Shown here one piece after another: positions 44,717 to 55,916 of a stretch of 64,000 nucleotides of DNA. This DNA is from a virus. Its lineage: Duplodnaviria; Caudoviricetes. The translations under genes and the position numbers were made by a program. Every line of letters begins with the position of its first letter. Positions within the stretch are counted from its first letter, which is position 1. The stretch is from positions 1 through 64,000 of IMG/VR virus record IMGVR_UViG_3300035498_000654, one strand, 5' to 3'. The notes under the pieces are model-generated. The model had not been told where the DNA came from and ran no database searches. It was given only the letters and a program-made list of their open reading frames with translations.

Positions 44717-46666
44717 TTACTTAAATAAATCAATTAATATATTGCCTTCAATTTTACGAAGGTCTACTGTATTTTCTTCTGTATGTTCTTCATCAAAATC
44801 TGTTACAATATCATATCCAGCATGTGTTAATACATAATCTAACATAAGATACCCTGTTAATTTATTAACATATGCTTCAATCTGTTCAGATGAATAATCA
44901 GATACTCGTTTATCACTTGCTGATAAATCAACAAAATATATTTTATTATTATATATTAAACCAACAATTTGCTCTTTCTTTGCTGATATAATAGGAACAC
45001 GAACTGCAATAGAATCGGGATTAACCATATAATTTTCATGGAAGTTATTAATAATCTCATTTCCATAAAAAATTTCTGCCTTGGAGCCTACAGTACCATT
45101 ATATCGATTTAATTTAATTAATCCATTAGGTACATTTTTCTTTGCATAGAACATTTCAACAGCTTCAGGATCGGCATCTGTCATATCGCCTGAGAATAAT
45201 AATGAATATTCATCTTCTTCCTTTTTTGTATAACGATATGATCCATTCCAGCCAAATTTACATGAAGCAGAAATATATGACAAATCAAAATCATAAGTAC
45301 CCCATTCATTTCTCCAGTATACACCAAAGAAGTTATCTTCAGTCATTTCAAAATAAGACCCATAAGGAATATTTCCAAACATCATCTTATTTGAAATAGG
45401 ACATGCTAATCTAACTTTTGAAGGTAGAATAACGGCAGTCTTATTATTCTTAATACGGTTATCACTTACAATATTAACAATACGATTGAAAATCATATCA
45501 CGAATATCTGCCATCCAATCATAACGTTCGTTTGGTAATGTCTTATATGTTGAGGACTTTTCAAATACTTTACCATTACGGATGATATATGTATTTTGTA
45601 TATCAGATCCTTCTTTTAAAGTTTCATGTTCAACACATTTTGTATTCAAAATGTTATAAGCACGACAAAGCTTGAATGTATTTGTTTCCTTATTAAGAAT
45701 ACGATTAATTGTATTCTTATCATACTTCTTATAAGTCTCTTCAGTTGTCAAAGATTCAAAGAATCCTGCAACCATAGGTTTATGCAAAGTCTTTGCTTTA
45801 CGACGGACTAAATTAACAAATTTACGAGCATCACTACCTGATTTACGATATGACAAGAACAGAGGTTTAAAACGATAAAAGATTTCAGCAAAATCGTTTA
45901 CCATTTTAGCATATGAATACTCAGGAAAATTATTTACAAAATCCATAGGTGTATCCATACAAATACTGGGGAAAGCCATAGCATTAATTGTATCTTTATC
46001 CTTAATAAGGAGTGTCTTACCAGTCACAGCATATACAAAAGTACGGAACTTTTCTACAGTTGATACGGGAAGTACATGATTAAACATAGATACTTCAGTT
46101 GCGACTTCCTTATTGGTAATAGCATCAACACTGCCATGTAAATATCCTTTTTCATATCCAAGTTTGATGAATTGTTTCAAAAGCCATATCATCTTATCTG
46201 AACATGCAATACCAGAGCATGCATAATCATAAAGGATATTACAGAATTCTTCCATAGTAACAGCCTTGATAACCTTCAAATTGGTTGTATCCAATTTCAA
46301 AGGATTATCATTGGGTACATATGTATCTACTTCATCAGAATAATTTGTACCATAAGTTGTTAAATAATGCAGAATTTGATCATAAAGCAATTCTATATCG
46401 GTCTTCTCAATCAAATCTTTCCATGACTTATAAAATGTTGCATTATAATTAATATCAAGATCAATTATAAAATCTGCAACAGGTTGATTAATACAACGGG
46501 TGTCAATTGCATAACCTGCTTTATATGCTATCAAAGCATAATCAATAGCTGAACCACCAACCAATTCTACTTGATTAGGTTCAATAGGCAGAACACAAAA
46601 AGTGTCCATTGCTAAACGATACAATTCTGATTGTAGGTATCCACCACAAGTTGCTATATCACTCAT
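44717..46666 (-). CDS. Conserved phage protein with possible C-terminal TerD-like domain (649 aa)
   Basis: FGVYW...DFDLSY...GWN...SGDMTDA motif pattern; host-type promoter at 46705. Confidence 0.55.
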   Translation of the reverse strand: MSDIATCGGYLQSELYRLAMDTFCVLPIEPNQVELVGGSAIDYALIAYKAGYAIDTRCINQPVADFIIDLDINYNATFYKSWKDLIEKTDIELLYDQILHYLTTYGTNYSDEVDTYVPNDNPLKLDTTNLKVIKAVTMEEFCNILYDYACSGIACSDKMIWLLKQFIKLGYEKGYLHGSVDAITNKEVATEVSMFNHVLPVSTVEKFRTFVYAVTGKTLLIKDKDTINAMAFPSICMDTPMDFVNNFPEYSYAKMVNDFAEIFYRFKPLFLSYRKSGSDARKFVNLVRRKAKTLHKPMVAGFFESLTTEETYKKYDKNTINRILNKETNTFKLCRAYNILNTKCVEHETLKEGSDIQNTYIIRNGKVFEKSSTYKTLPNERYDWMADIRDMIFNRIVNIVSDNRIKNNKTAVILPSKVRLACPISNKMMFGNIPYGSYFEMTEDNFFGVYWRNEWGTYDFDLSYISASCKFGWNGSYRYTKKEEDEYSLLFSGDMTDADPEAVEMFYAKKNVPNGLIKLNRYNGTVGSKAEIFYGNEIINNFHENYMVNPDSIAVRVPIISAKKEQIVGLIYNNKIYFVDLSASDKRVSDYSSEQIEAYVNKLTGYLMLDYVLTHAGYDIVTDFDEEHTEENTVDLRKIEGNILIDLFK

Positions 46667-46704
46667 AATTTTTGTTGTTTTTAAATTCGTTTTTAATTAT
46701 ATTG

Positions 46705-46712
46705 CAAAGATA
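46705..46712 (-). promoter_or_regulatory. Bacteroidota -7 element TATCTTTG
   Basis: gcaaagataagtaaaatatttga block, repeated with variation at 53888, 57232 and 59281. Confidence 0.65.
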
Positions 46713-46762
46713 AGTAAAATATTTGATATATAAAAATATTTAGATATTTTTAATTATAAATG

Positions 46763-47215
46763 TTAAAATAATGGTATTGTCTTTATATACTTTTGAGGAG
46801 CCCAATTTTCATAATCCCATGTAAAAGTATCTGTACAAACAATATTATTATTTAAAATTTTTAAAACTATATCTTTTGATATATCCCAATTTTTTGATAT
46901 TGCAATTTCATTAATATCTGATAATATTTTTTCTTTACATTCTTTTGTATTATCATCCATTAATTCAGTCCCATATAATGTTTCAATTGCTTTATATATA
47001 TCTTCTGCAGAATTACAATATTCAAACCGTTTTTGAAGAATATATCTAAGTATATTTCCAATTCCACATGCTATATCACAGAAAGTTTTTGAAAAATCAG
47101 AAAATAATTCTGAATATTCATCGCACATTATTTGACATATTGAAACAGGTGTAAAATCTTCTTGTGTTATATGGTGTCTTTTTTTTCTTATTTCTGATTG
47201 ATCCTCTATTAGCAT
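46763..47215 (-). CDS. Stand-alone SAM-binding half of an amino-methyltransferase (motifs X-I-II-III, no NPPY)
   Basis: EDFTPVSICQIM, FCDIACGIGN, LYGTELMDDN, NIVCTDTF. Confidence 0.7.
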   Translation of the reverse strand: MLIEDQSEIRKKRHHITQEDFTPVSICQIMCDEYSELFSDFSKTFCDIACGIGNILRYILQKRFEYCNSAEDIYKAIETLYGTELMDDNTKECKEKILSDINEIAISKNWDISKDIVLKILNNNIVCTDTFTWDYENWAPQKYIKTIPLF

Positions 47216-47252
47216 ATTAAAAGATTTTCTTATATATTTTATAAGATTTAAT

Positions 47253-50200
47253 TTATAGATTGTCTATATAATCTTTAACCTCATCATCTGTTATTTCAGA
47301 TGATGGTCCATCATACATTCGTTTAGCAAATACAGATTCAATACTATATTTTTTACAAGTTTTTTCAATTAATGAAATTTCATCATCTGTGAATTTAAAC
47401 AATTTATATATTTCTTCAGTTGTATATTTTTTATCAACTAACCATGGTATAAATGGCAATACATTATTGTTTTGGTCAATAGTTAATACATAAGATAAAA
47501 ATATTGGTAAATTTGTATTATAAACTAAATGTTTATAATTTTCCAATTCTTCTTTTGTTCCTTGTATCAAATATTTTATTTCATCGCCATTTTTATTTTT
47601 AGGTAATTCATCTAAAACATCGCTATACCCGCATAATCGATAATAATATTTAGAAAATAATTCATCAAATCTATTACCATGTGATCGAGCTGTAATAAGT
47701 GGAACACCAATAAAATTATATTGTAAGTATTTTTGATCATTTAATATTATATTATCTTTTTTATATAAATGATCAGATACCATATCTTTATATGAAAGTA
47801 ATTTATTTAATATACTCCAAATTGTATTATATTCACCTATTAGATTACAATCATATACAGAATTAACTTTTTGTTTATAACCACAGATACTATAATCTAT
47901 GGTATCATATTCTTTAGATAAATCAATATTGGTTATTGATAATCCAGCAAATATCCTTATATTAAATTCCTTAGTATAATTATCAACAATTATTTTAGAT
48001 ACATGATTTTTTATTCTATTTTTAAGAGGCTCATATATAGTCTTTGCATTACCATTCTTTCTAATATTAACTAACCATGTTGCAGGTTCTATAATAATCA
48101 TTTTGCCATTTTTATTTAATAAATCTAATCCTTTATTAAAGAAATCTATATGTAAAGTTCCACTATATGGTGGATTTTGTACTATATAATCAAATTTGGG
48201 CATATTATCTATATATTCGATGTTTTTATTTTTTACTTGACAACTATATATGTTTTTAATATTACATATTTTTGTGATTATTCTTTTAGTTATATCACTT
48301 GTTGTGCATGCATATATTATATTATTCAATATATAGTTGTTTCGTTCTTTTCTGTCTAAAATATCATTAGACAAGCCATCCATAAATTTATCTATAAGAA
48401 TATTAATGATGTAATCATTTTCAATAGTTAAATCACAGATTTTTATATTTTTATTTTTAAATATTGATGAATCAATATCATTTATAATATTATCACAAAT
48501 ACTTTGAGGAATTGCTCTGTAATTAAAAAGGTTCCATCTTTTATATGTTGCATATTTTGTATTCGCATCCATATTAGATACCTTATTTAATTCTTCCCAT
48601 AATTGAGAAATAGAATAATTAAATTCATCTTCCTTTATAATATGTTTATCAATGATTATTTTAAATACTTGGTAATTTGTTATGCCTGTTGACCTTTCAA
48701 AAATTAATTGATTATTATCTATATTATCCTCTAATGTTTTAATTATATCAGAAGTATTTTGACAGTTATATATTACAATATATCTGGAAATATAATGCAT
48801 ATGATTTTTAACAAGTGCTACTAATTCTGATATTGAATACTTCTTATTATTTTTATTATCAGGTTTATTAAATTGGGTATTATCAGAATTTACTGATATT
48901 ACAGATACTCTATTTTTTGCGCCTGATATACCATTATCATTAACTGATACGCTTTTAGGATCTTTATTCAATATTTTTCCATTAAAAGATTTATCAAGAC
49001 ATGATGTAATATCTTTTATTTCTGATTGTGTAATATTAATATTATGGTACAAATTATATAAAGAAGAATCACAAAATTTAGAAGCACCAATTTTATCATT
49101 CTTAAAGTATGCATTTTCAATATCTCGATAATTAACTTCAACAAATTGCTGGTCTGATAATTGATCATCCCACCTAATAATTGGTGCTGCTTTTAACCAT
49201 TCTTTAATAATAACTTCTTTATCAATATTTTTATATGATTTTTTACATTTTGATAATTGTGAAATAAATCCATAATTAAGTGATAACATTCGTTCTGGAT
49301 TATAATCAAATACATAAAAATCTTCTTTGCCTTCAGCTGGTGATTGCCCTCTAAACATTGCTTGAAAATAACGTTCAGGAGATGCACCATCTTGTAACAT
49401 AATAACAGTATTCCATTCAGAAATTGTTACACCTTCAATAAATCTACCACATGAAAAAGTTATTGTCTTTATGCCTTTATTATCATTTCTTTTAATTATT
49501 TCTTTTAGTTTATCTACATTTACAATATCATTACTACCATCAATAGCATGTATATTTTTATATGTATCATTAATAAACTTAACAATTGCTTTAACAGAAT
49601 CTTTATAATCCATTAAAGCCAATCCATGTTTAAATTCGCCATTATTTGTATTATTAAGTTTATCTATAATGAATTTAATTGTTTGTTTTGAAATATCACC
49701 ATATTTAAAATCACCATTTGCATCAGCTTGAAATAATTTTTTCATATTAGGATAATCAACCATTTCAATATTCTTATGATAATAATCAATAAGTTTACTA
49801 TCCATTTTTATGGCGTATTGTCTCAATTTAGGCATTTTATAATCTTCTGCATCTTGTTCATCCAGATATGTATATGTAAAAAGATTATTATCTTTAAATT
49901 CATTTATTTGTTTAAATGGTGTGCCTGAAATATATAAAATCTTAGAGCATTTAAGTGTATTACAAATGCTATTAAAATTCTCAGTTGTTGTACCATAATG
50001 GCATTCATCGGTAACAATTAAATCCCATTTATATGATGCTAATGTCTTTAAATTTTTCTTAAATAGTTTATTTGTAGTATTGTTATCTTTTTCAAAATCA
50101 TTAGTCTCATCATTATAACGATAGCCAGCCATTTGAACTGAGCATGTTACAATATTAACATTATTATCAGATAATGTTAATTTATCTTTATTATCAGAAA

Positions 50201-50822
50201 ATGAAATATATTTAAAATCAGTAAAATCTACATGATTCTCAATATCATCTTTTAATGAATTGAATACACCAGGACGATATGTTAATAATAAAACATTTTT
50301 ATATCCAAGTGTTTTAACCGCTTGTAAAAATGTAAAATTCTTTCCGAATCTCATTTTTGCTGCTAATAAAAATTCACCATTATTATTTTTAAAATATTCA
50401 ACAATTTTATCATGAGCAGCTTGTTGAGGTTTACGCATTTTATATGCATTTAATCTACGGCTACCATATAAAAATTCATGCAGTAATGCTTTCGGAATAT
50501 CTGGATTTTCAAATTCAAACCATTCACGATCTGCATCTTCTCTATACTTTAAATAACCTTTATTATGTTCCAAAAAATCATGGAATTTCTTATCAACGTG
50601 TTCAACATCTGTCATAAAATCATCAGGAACACTTTCACACCAAACTAATACATTTGGCTCAGAATTAGATTCTTTATCCTGTTGTTTTATACGAATCAAA
50701 GCCGAATCTTTCATAGATTCAGCTTCTATACCAGTATCGCCAATCTTATAAATTGGATTTTTTCCTAATTGTGTACGATAACTATTTAATTCTTTATGCT
50801 GATAACAATATATGGTTCTCAT
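47253..50822 (-). CDS. GIY-YIG-like nuclease + SF2 helicase + Eco57I-type methyltransferase/TRD fusion (1189 aa)
   Basis: IYKIGDT...RIKQQ; AKMRFGKNFT; VTDECHYG; MLQDGASPERYFQ; YIVQNPPY; motif I degenerate (ICDLTIEND). Confidence 0.75.
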   Translation of the reverse strand: MRTIYCYQHKELNSYRTQLGKNPIYKIGDTGIEAESMKDSALIRIKQQDKESNSEPNVLVWCESVPDDFMTDVEHVDKKFHDFLEHNKGYLKYREDADREWFEFENPDIPKALLHEFLYGSRRLNAYKMRKPQQAAHDKIVEYFKNNNGEFLLAAKMRFGKNFTFLQAVKTLGYKNVLLLTYRPGVFNSLKDDIENHVDFTDFKYISFSDNKDKLTLSDNNVNIVTCSVQMAGYRYNDETNDFEKDNNTTNKLFKKNLKTLASYKWDLIVTDECHYGTTTENFNSICNTLKCSKILYISGTPFKQINEFKDNNLFTYTYLDEQDAEDYKMPKLRQYAIKMDSKLIDYYHKNIEMVDYPNMKKLFQADANGDFKYGDISKQTIKFIIDKLNNTNNGEFKHGLALMDYKDSVKAIVKFINDTYKNIHAIDGSNDIVNVDKLKEIIKRNDNKGIKTITFSCGRFIEGVTISEWNTVIMLQDGASPERYFQAMFRGQSPAEGKEDFYVFDYNPERMLSLNYGFISQLSKCKKSYKNIDKEVIIKEWLKAAPIIRWDDQLSDQQFVEVNYRDIENAYFKNDKIGASKFCDSSLYNLYHNINITQSEIKDITSCLDKSFNGKILNKDPKSVSVNDNGISGAKNRVSVISVNSDNTQFNKPDNKNNKKYSISELVALVKNHMHYISRYIVIYNCQNTSDIIKTLEDNIDNNQLIFERSTGITNYQVFKIIIDKHIIKEDEFNYSISQLWEELNKVSNMDANTKYATYKRWNLFNYRAIPQSICDNIINDIDSSIFKNKNIKICDLTIENDYIINILIDKFMDGLSNDILDRKERNNYILNNIIYACTTSDITKRIITKICNIKNIYSCQVKNKNIEYIDNMPKFDYIVQNPPYSGTLHIDFFNKGLDLLNKNGKMIIIEPATWLVNIRKNGNAKTIYEPLKNRIKNHVSKIIVDNYTKEFNIRIFAGLSITNIDLSKEYDTIDYSICGYKQKVNSVYDCNLIGEYNTIWSILNKLLSYKDMVSDHLYKKDNIILNDQKYLQYNFIGVPLITARSHGNRFDELFSKYYYRLCGYSDVLDELPKNKNGDEIKYLIQGTKEELENYKHLVYNTNLPIFLSYVLTIDQNNNVLPFIPWLVDKKYTTEEIYKLFKFTDDEISLIEKTCKKYSIESVFAKRMYDGPSSEITDDEVKDYIDNL

Positions 50823-50828
50823 AGTATA

Positions 50829-52082
50829 TTAAAATATGAACAAAACTTGTTTACTTTTAATTTCTTGCTTCATTCTATCACTACTTTTTAGGTTCATTTC
50901 TGAACGATCATCCATAGTTGGATAGTCCACAAGCTTAAATTCGGCTGTACTGCAACCTATTATTCTTTGGCCTTCTTCTAAAATATTTAATGCGGCATTG
51001 TAGTCTCTATCTATGATAGAACCGCAATCAGGACAAGTCCATTGTCTATCACTTAATTTAAGTGACTTATTAATAAAACCACAATGATTGCATCTTTTAG
51101 AGGAAGGATAGTATCTGTCGATAAAAACTAATCGTCTATTATACCATAGACTTTTGTATTCAAGTATTCTTCTAAATTTACCAAAATTCATTTCAGATAT
51201 TGAATCTGAAAGCTTATGGTTTTTAACCATTCCTTTTACATTTAAGTCCTCCATACAAATGACTTGATTTTCATCAATTAATAAATTAGACACCTTATGC
51301 AAATAGTTTGATTTACGATCTGTTATGACTTTATATACTTTCGCAAGTTTAATTCTTGCTTTGTTTCTATTATTGGATCCAACTTTCTTTTTGGAAAGCT
51401 GTCTTTGTAACTTCTTTATTTTCTTATACTCAGATTTCTTAAAGTGCAGATTTTCAAAGACTTCTCCTTCTGATGTTGTAATAAAATTCTTAACACCCAG
51501 ATCAATACCAATTATACTGTTAGTATTTTTGACTTTATGTAATAAGCCACCATCAACTAAAATTGATAGATAATACTCACCACAAGGTAGCTTACTTAAA
51601 GTTGCTGACTTTATATTAAGTTTGTTATCTTGAAGATATTTTGAGTATAATTTGCTACATTTAAATTTAATATCTCTTATGTTTGCAAGAGACAATCTAT
51701 ATGATAGATAGTTATTACGTTTAGAAATGGCATTTATTGTAAATCTACAAGATTGTTTATTATCATGCTTTGATTTAAACTTTGGATAACCATTATGTTG
51801 GATAAAGAACCTTTTATAAGCATTCAACATATCCATTATTGATTGTTGAAGAACATTTGTATTTTGTTCTTTCAGCCATATAAATTCTGGATTATTAATT
51901 AAATCATGATGAAACCAATAACTAAGAGAAGTTAAATTTTCTGTTTTCTTTTCAGCTTTATAAAATTCAATTTTACGAGCAAGACATTGATTATAAACAA
52001 AACGACAACAACCAAGAAGTTTGTTAATTTGAACTTCTTGAGTCTTATTTGGATATAATCTTATTTTTATTGCTCTTAGCAT
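50829..52082 (-). CDS. tnpB: TnpB copy 2 (417 aa)
   Basis: GIDLGVK, MEDLNV, CNHCG/CPDCG, DRDYNA; conserved right end at 50825-50966. Confidence 0.92.
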   Translation of the reverse strand: MLRAIKIRLYPNKTQEVQINKLLGCCRFVYNQCLARKIEFYKAEKKTENLTSLSYWFHHDLINNPEFIWLKEQNTNVLQQSIMDMLNAYKRFFIQHNGYPKFKSKHDNKQSCRFTINAISKRNNYLSYRLSLANIRDIKFKCSKLYSKYLQDNKLNIKSATLSKLPCGEYYLSILVDGGLLHKVKNTNSIIGIDLGVKNFITTSEGEVFENLHFKKSEYKKIKKLQRQLSKKKVGSNNRNKARIKLAKVYKVITDRKSNYLHKVSNLLIDENQVICMEDLNVKGMVKNHKLSDSISEMNFGKFRRILEYKSLWYNRRLVFIDRYYPSSKRCNHCGFINKSLKLSDRQWTCPDCGSIIDRDYNAALNILEEGQRIIGCSTAEFKLVDYPTMDDRSEMNLKSSDRMKQEIKSKQVLFIF

Positions 52083-52146
52083 TGTTTTTATCTTGTTATT
52101 TTATAAAAATGTCCAGAATATTATTCAACTATTTCCTATACCAAAA

Positions 52147-52764
52147 TTATTCCTGATTTTTAACATTCATTAATGATGACATTGAATGCGATAATGCATC
52201 CATTGCATTTTTCACATCACCCAAAATAAATTGGTTAAATACTCGAAGTTTAATTTGATTATATAGTTTATTTAAATCACCATCATTAACCAATATGGTA
52301 TCTGGTTTATATCCTAATTCTTCTAATGTAATTTGTGATTCTTTACGAATATCATCTCTTTTTATTCTATCAGAATCTGTTGGATTATTTGGTCTTTCCA
52401 TTTGACACCATATAACACGAATCTTATGTGCTTTATCAAGTTTATAAAGATCAATCAATCCGCGTTCATCAATCACATATGCATTATAAGTATCATTTTT
52501 CAATTGATTGAAAGTTGTCCAATAATGATAACCACCAAAAAGTGTATATGCCATCATATCATCAGATTTTGGCATTTCATTTTCAGTTACAAAATAATGG
52601 TCAACACCATTAACTTCATCATCTCTTATAGGACGAGTTGTATATGAAATAATAGTGTTACAATAATGATTATCATTTAACCATTTTGCAACGGTTGTTT
52701 TTCCACATCCAGATGGTCCTACAATTGCTAACACTATTGGTATTTTAAAATCTTGAATATTCAT
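52147..52764 (-). CDS. gmk: Guanylate kinase-like protein
   Basis: GPSGCGKTT, SYTTRPIRDDEVNGVDHYFV, FGGYHYWT. Confidence 0.85.
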   Translation of the reverse strand: MNIQDFKIPIVLAIVGPSGCGKTTVAKWLNDNHYCNTIISYTTRPIRDDEVNGVDHYFVTENEMPKSDDMMAYTLFGGYHYWTTFNQLKNDTYNAYVIDERGLIDLYKLDKAHKIRVIWCQMERPNNPTDSDRIKRDDIRKESQITLEELGYKPDTILVNDGDLNKLYNQIKLRVFNQFILGDVKNAMDALSHSMSSLMNVKNQE

Positions 52765-52886
52765 ACTTTATAAATTATATTTCTTCCTTAATAATTATAG
52801 TATAAAAATATTATTATGTTTAATTTATACCTTATAGGGTATAGTTATAATTAATATAATATAAATTATACCCTATAAGGTATATT

Positions 52887-53858
52887 TTATATCATTCTAT
52901 TAATTGCATTTACTCTTCTTTGATTATTCGTATTCTCTATAACTTTATGCATATAATTCACATACGAATTTTTATTTAATTTATTGTTATACAAATAAGA
53001 AAATGGACCTATATCACTCATTTTATATTCCATATCTTGTTTATCAATTGGCTTCCAGTAATTTTCTAACAGATAATCATAAAGTTCATCTTTATTTTTA
53101 TTGAATATATCCAAATCATTTATAACATGAATATCAAATGTAAATGGATCAAGTTGAATCCAAAATAGATTTGCATTTATATATTGACTACTTGGATGTT
53201 CAAATATTATAGAATATTCATCTAAGTCCTCTAAATTTTCTAAAGTTTCTAATTTAATTATCGGTTTATTCATTGTTACATATTCACATGTATAATCAGC
53301 TTTTTCTAATATTGGATATAATGTATCATTAACGAAATTTAAAAAATTTGAAAATTTAGATATACCTAAAGTAAGATATTCAATATATTTCATATTTTGA
53401 AAATTGATGGCTCTATCAAATAATGTCAATGAATAATGCCTACCGTTATTATAATATTCATCATATTCAGGATTAACAAGTGCAATACAACGTTTTCCAT
53501 TAGATTCAGTAAGCATATTACCATATATGTAAGACTCAACCTCAACTCTAATTACTGTACACTTATTAGGGTCTACTTGTAATTTATAATCTGGTTTATC
53601 AGAATGCAATATTAGCATTTGCTCGATATATTTTTTATATTCACCAGTTGGCTTAAAGAATATATGAACTTCCTTGTTATTAGGAGATATAAACGGCATC
53701 ATATAATTATTATCAAAATCTAAATCATTGGCTGGTGACAATTCATATGATAAATCATAAGAATTTGCGTACTCTTTCAACAAATCATCATTAATCTGAT
53801 AATTCCGTTGTTTTAAGTAACATTCATAATCTTGATATGTTGAATTGTTTTCCCACAT
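52887..53858 (-). CDS. Hypothetical protein (323 aa)
   Basis: ORF track; host-type promoter variant at 53888. Confidence 0.75.
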   Translation of the reverse strand: MWENNSTYQDYECYLKQRNYQINDDLLKEYANSYDLSYELSPANDLDFDNNYMMPFISPNNKEVHIFFKPTGEYKKYIEQMLILHSDKPDYKLQVDPNKCTVIRVEVESYIYGNMLTESNGKRCIALVNPEYDEYYNNGRHYSLTLFDRAINFQNMKYIEYLTLGISKFSNFLNFVNDTLYPILEKADYTCEYVTMNKPIIKLETLENLEDLDEYSIIFEHPSSQYINANLFWIQLDPFTFDIHVINDLDIFNKNKDELYDYLLENYWKPIDKQDMEYKMSDIGPFSYLYNNKLNKNSYVNYMHKVIENTNNQRRVNAINRMI

Positions 53859-53964
53859 ATTAATTAATATATTAATAATTTCTGGTGCGAAGATAATAAA
53901 ATTATTTGATATATAAAAATATTTTATGTAATTATTTTATATTTCTTCATAGAGGCCATTTAAA

Positions 53965-54060
53965 TCATCTCTATCGCATTTATATGCTAAACTAATAAAA
54001 CTATCATCCGAATAGTTAGAATGCGATAGAGATGAAATAAAGGGCATTCTGGATGGTTTT
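53965..54060 (+). repeat. Dispersed repeat copy with hairpin (tcatctctatcgcatt ... aatgcgatagagatga)
   Basis: Same core as 14175, 57104, 57351. Confidence 0.75.
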
Positions 54061-54188
54061 AGGTTTTTAGATATAAAATATAATTTTATATATTATAAAA
54101 ATAAAAACAATATAATACTAAAGAACTAATGTGAAATTTTGTATTCCACAACAAATTTAAGAAAATCCCACTAAAAATAAGGTAATAT

Positions 54189-54685
54189 AATGTTAAACTT
54201 TACTAAAGAGTAGTTAAACTTTGTTAAATAATAGACTTTTTGAATATATTAGTTAGACAACCAAAACTATATTATTTCAATATTAATCAAATAGTTAATT
54301 ATAATTTGAATAATTTTAATTGTTAAACTATGTTAAAGGCTCTCTAAAAAGTTTAGACAAATGTCGTTTTTTCTTGCTATAAGAGCTTGTAGGTTTTTTA
54401 AAAAAAGGAAAATATATTATTAAACTATATATAGGGTGAGAAAAATGATAGAAAATTAGTGAGGACAGACCCGAGAAAATTTAGGAGAATAAAAGAAACT
54501 ATAGGGATAGAAAATTAGTGAGGATAGTCCCGAGAAAATTTAGATATAAGAATGAGACTAAAGAAATAAAAAATAAAGAAACTATAGAGATAGGAAAATA
54601 GTAAAGATAGTCCTCGAAAATTTTAAATAATAAGTACATAAAATAAAAGTAAGGATAGAACCTCGAAAAAGTTCTATCCTTTTAT
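54189..54685 (+). repeat. Left arm of large inverted non-coding repeat; GTTAAACT motifs and AGTGAGGATAGTCCCGAGAAAATTTAG subrepeats
   Basis: About 250 nt nearly identical to the reverse complement of 58070-58318, then 3-4 subrepeats and a terminator hairpin. Confidence 0.85.
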
Positions 54686-54694
54686 TTTTATAGA

Positions 54695-55813
54695 TTAATT
54701 TCTTTTACCACTATTCCATTCTATATAATATAGAATAAATGTAGATATTATTGTTAATATTGATATAATTAATATTTGTGTTGTTGTTAAGTCAACAGAA
54801 ATATAATTGAAATCTTTAAATTCTTTTCTTTTCCAATGTTTCAAATTACTTTCAATAAACTTACCATAATCATATAGATTTAATTTAGGATGATTAATGA
54901 AATAATCCCTGGATTTTATTTCTAATATAGGTTTATCAGACCAACTGAATCCTCTACACCATGTAACAGAATCACCCTTTATACCTAAACATATTATTAA
55001 TTCATTTTTGTTACCTTGATACCAATATGATTTTTGATATTCTGCAATTTCTGGTTTCTTATCTTTAAATAACAGAATATACATTCTAAATTGTTTTGAT
55101 TGTCCATATTTAGAATTTAAAACTCTAATTTGATGTTCTTGCCAATATGGAACTTTCATTCCTATAATAGGTGATTGATCATAATTATCAGAATTAACTT
55201 TTGGATATTCATATAGACCTAAAGAATCAGCTTTTTCTTTAGATATTTTTGTATAACCTAATATAGTATATGGATTAGCTTTTATAGGATTCCAATAAGA
55301 ATGTGTATCAGTCAGGGTATACATATGTGTATCAATATTATCAAATGATGTAATATAAGCATCGCCATCTTTTGTATAATAATTACGATGCATATCTTTA
55401 TATACAGGTTCTGTTTTTAATCTATTATACATCCGTTTATACAAATCCTTGGAAATATAATGATCATAATCTTCAGTGTTTGATTTATATGAATACTTTT
55501 CTGAATGATATTCTATTTCCGTTGTTGTATAAGTTTCTTCACGTGTTTTACCATCAGAATCTGTATATGTTCTGGTTTTGGTTACTGTCACCTCTTCATT
55601 CCATGGTTCATAATATGTAATTTGTGTTACATATGACCCATAATATTCTGTTGACGAACCATGTAAACCTTTACAACACACAAATGCAATAAAGAATATA
55701 CACCATGGTATTAATATTATTGGAATAATTTTTTGATATATGTTATCTGTTTTATTGTAATACCAAAATATAATAGCTGCAATAACAGGTACTAATAAAA
55801 GTAAAAAAATCAT
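54695..55813 (-). CDS. Membrane protein (N- and C-terminal TM segments, 372 aa)
   Basis: Hydrophobic termini; operonic with LemA-like gene. Confidence 0.75.
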   Translation of the reverse strand: MIFLLLLVPVIAAIIFWYYNKTDNIYQKIIPIILIPWCIFFIAFVCCKGLHGSSTEYYGSYVTQITYYEPWNEEVTVTKTRTYTDSDGKTREETYTTTEIEYHSEKYSYKSNTEDYDHYISKDLYKRMYNRLKTEPVYKDMHRNYYTKDGDAYITSFDNIDTHMYTLTDTHSYWNPIKANPYTILGYTKISKEKADSLGLYEYPKVNSDNYDQSPIIGMKVPYWQEHQIRVLNSKYGQSKQFRMYILLFKDKKPEIAEYQKSYWYQGNKNELIICLGIKGDSVTWCRGFSWSDKPILEIKSRDYFINHPKLNLYDYGKFIESNLKHWKRKEFKDFNYISVDLTTTQILIISILTIISTFILYYIEWNSGKRN

Positions 55814-55916
55814 GATAATGTATTGTTATTTAACAAATTAAAGGTTGATCTCTATTTATGAGTAGAACCAACCTTTAATCAATGAATAATTTTATCTATA
55901 GAACAATTTAAAATAT

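Noticed and set aside
54440-54685. Subrepeats of ~27 bp with spacers as a CRISPR array
   Set aside because: Spacing is irregular (about 50-80 nt), spacers are low-complexity and related to each other, repeats decay, and no cas genes are visible.
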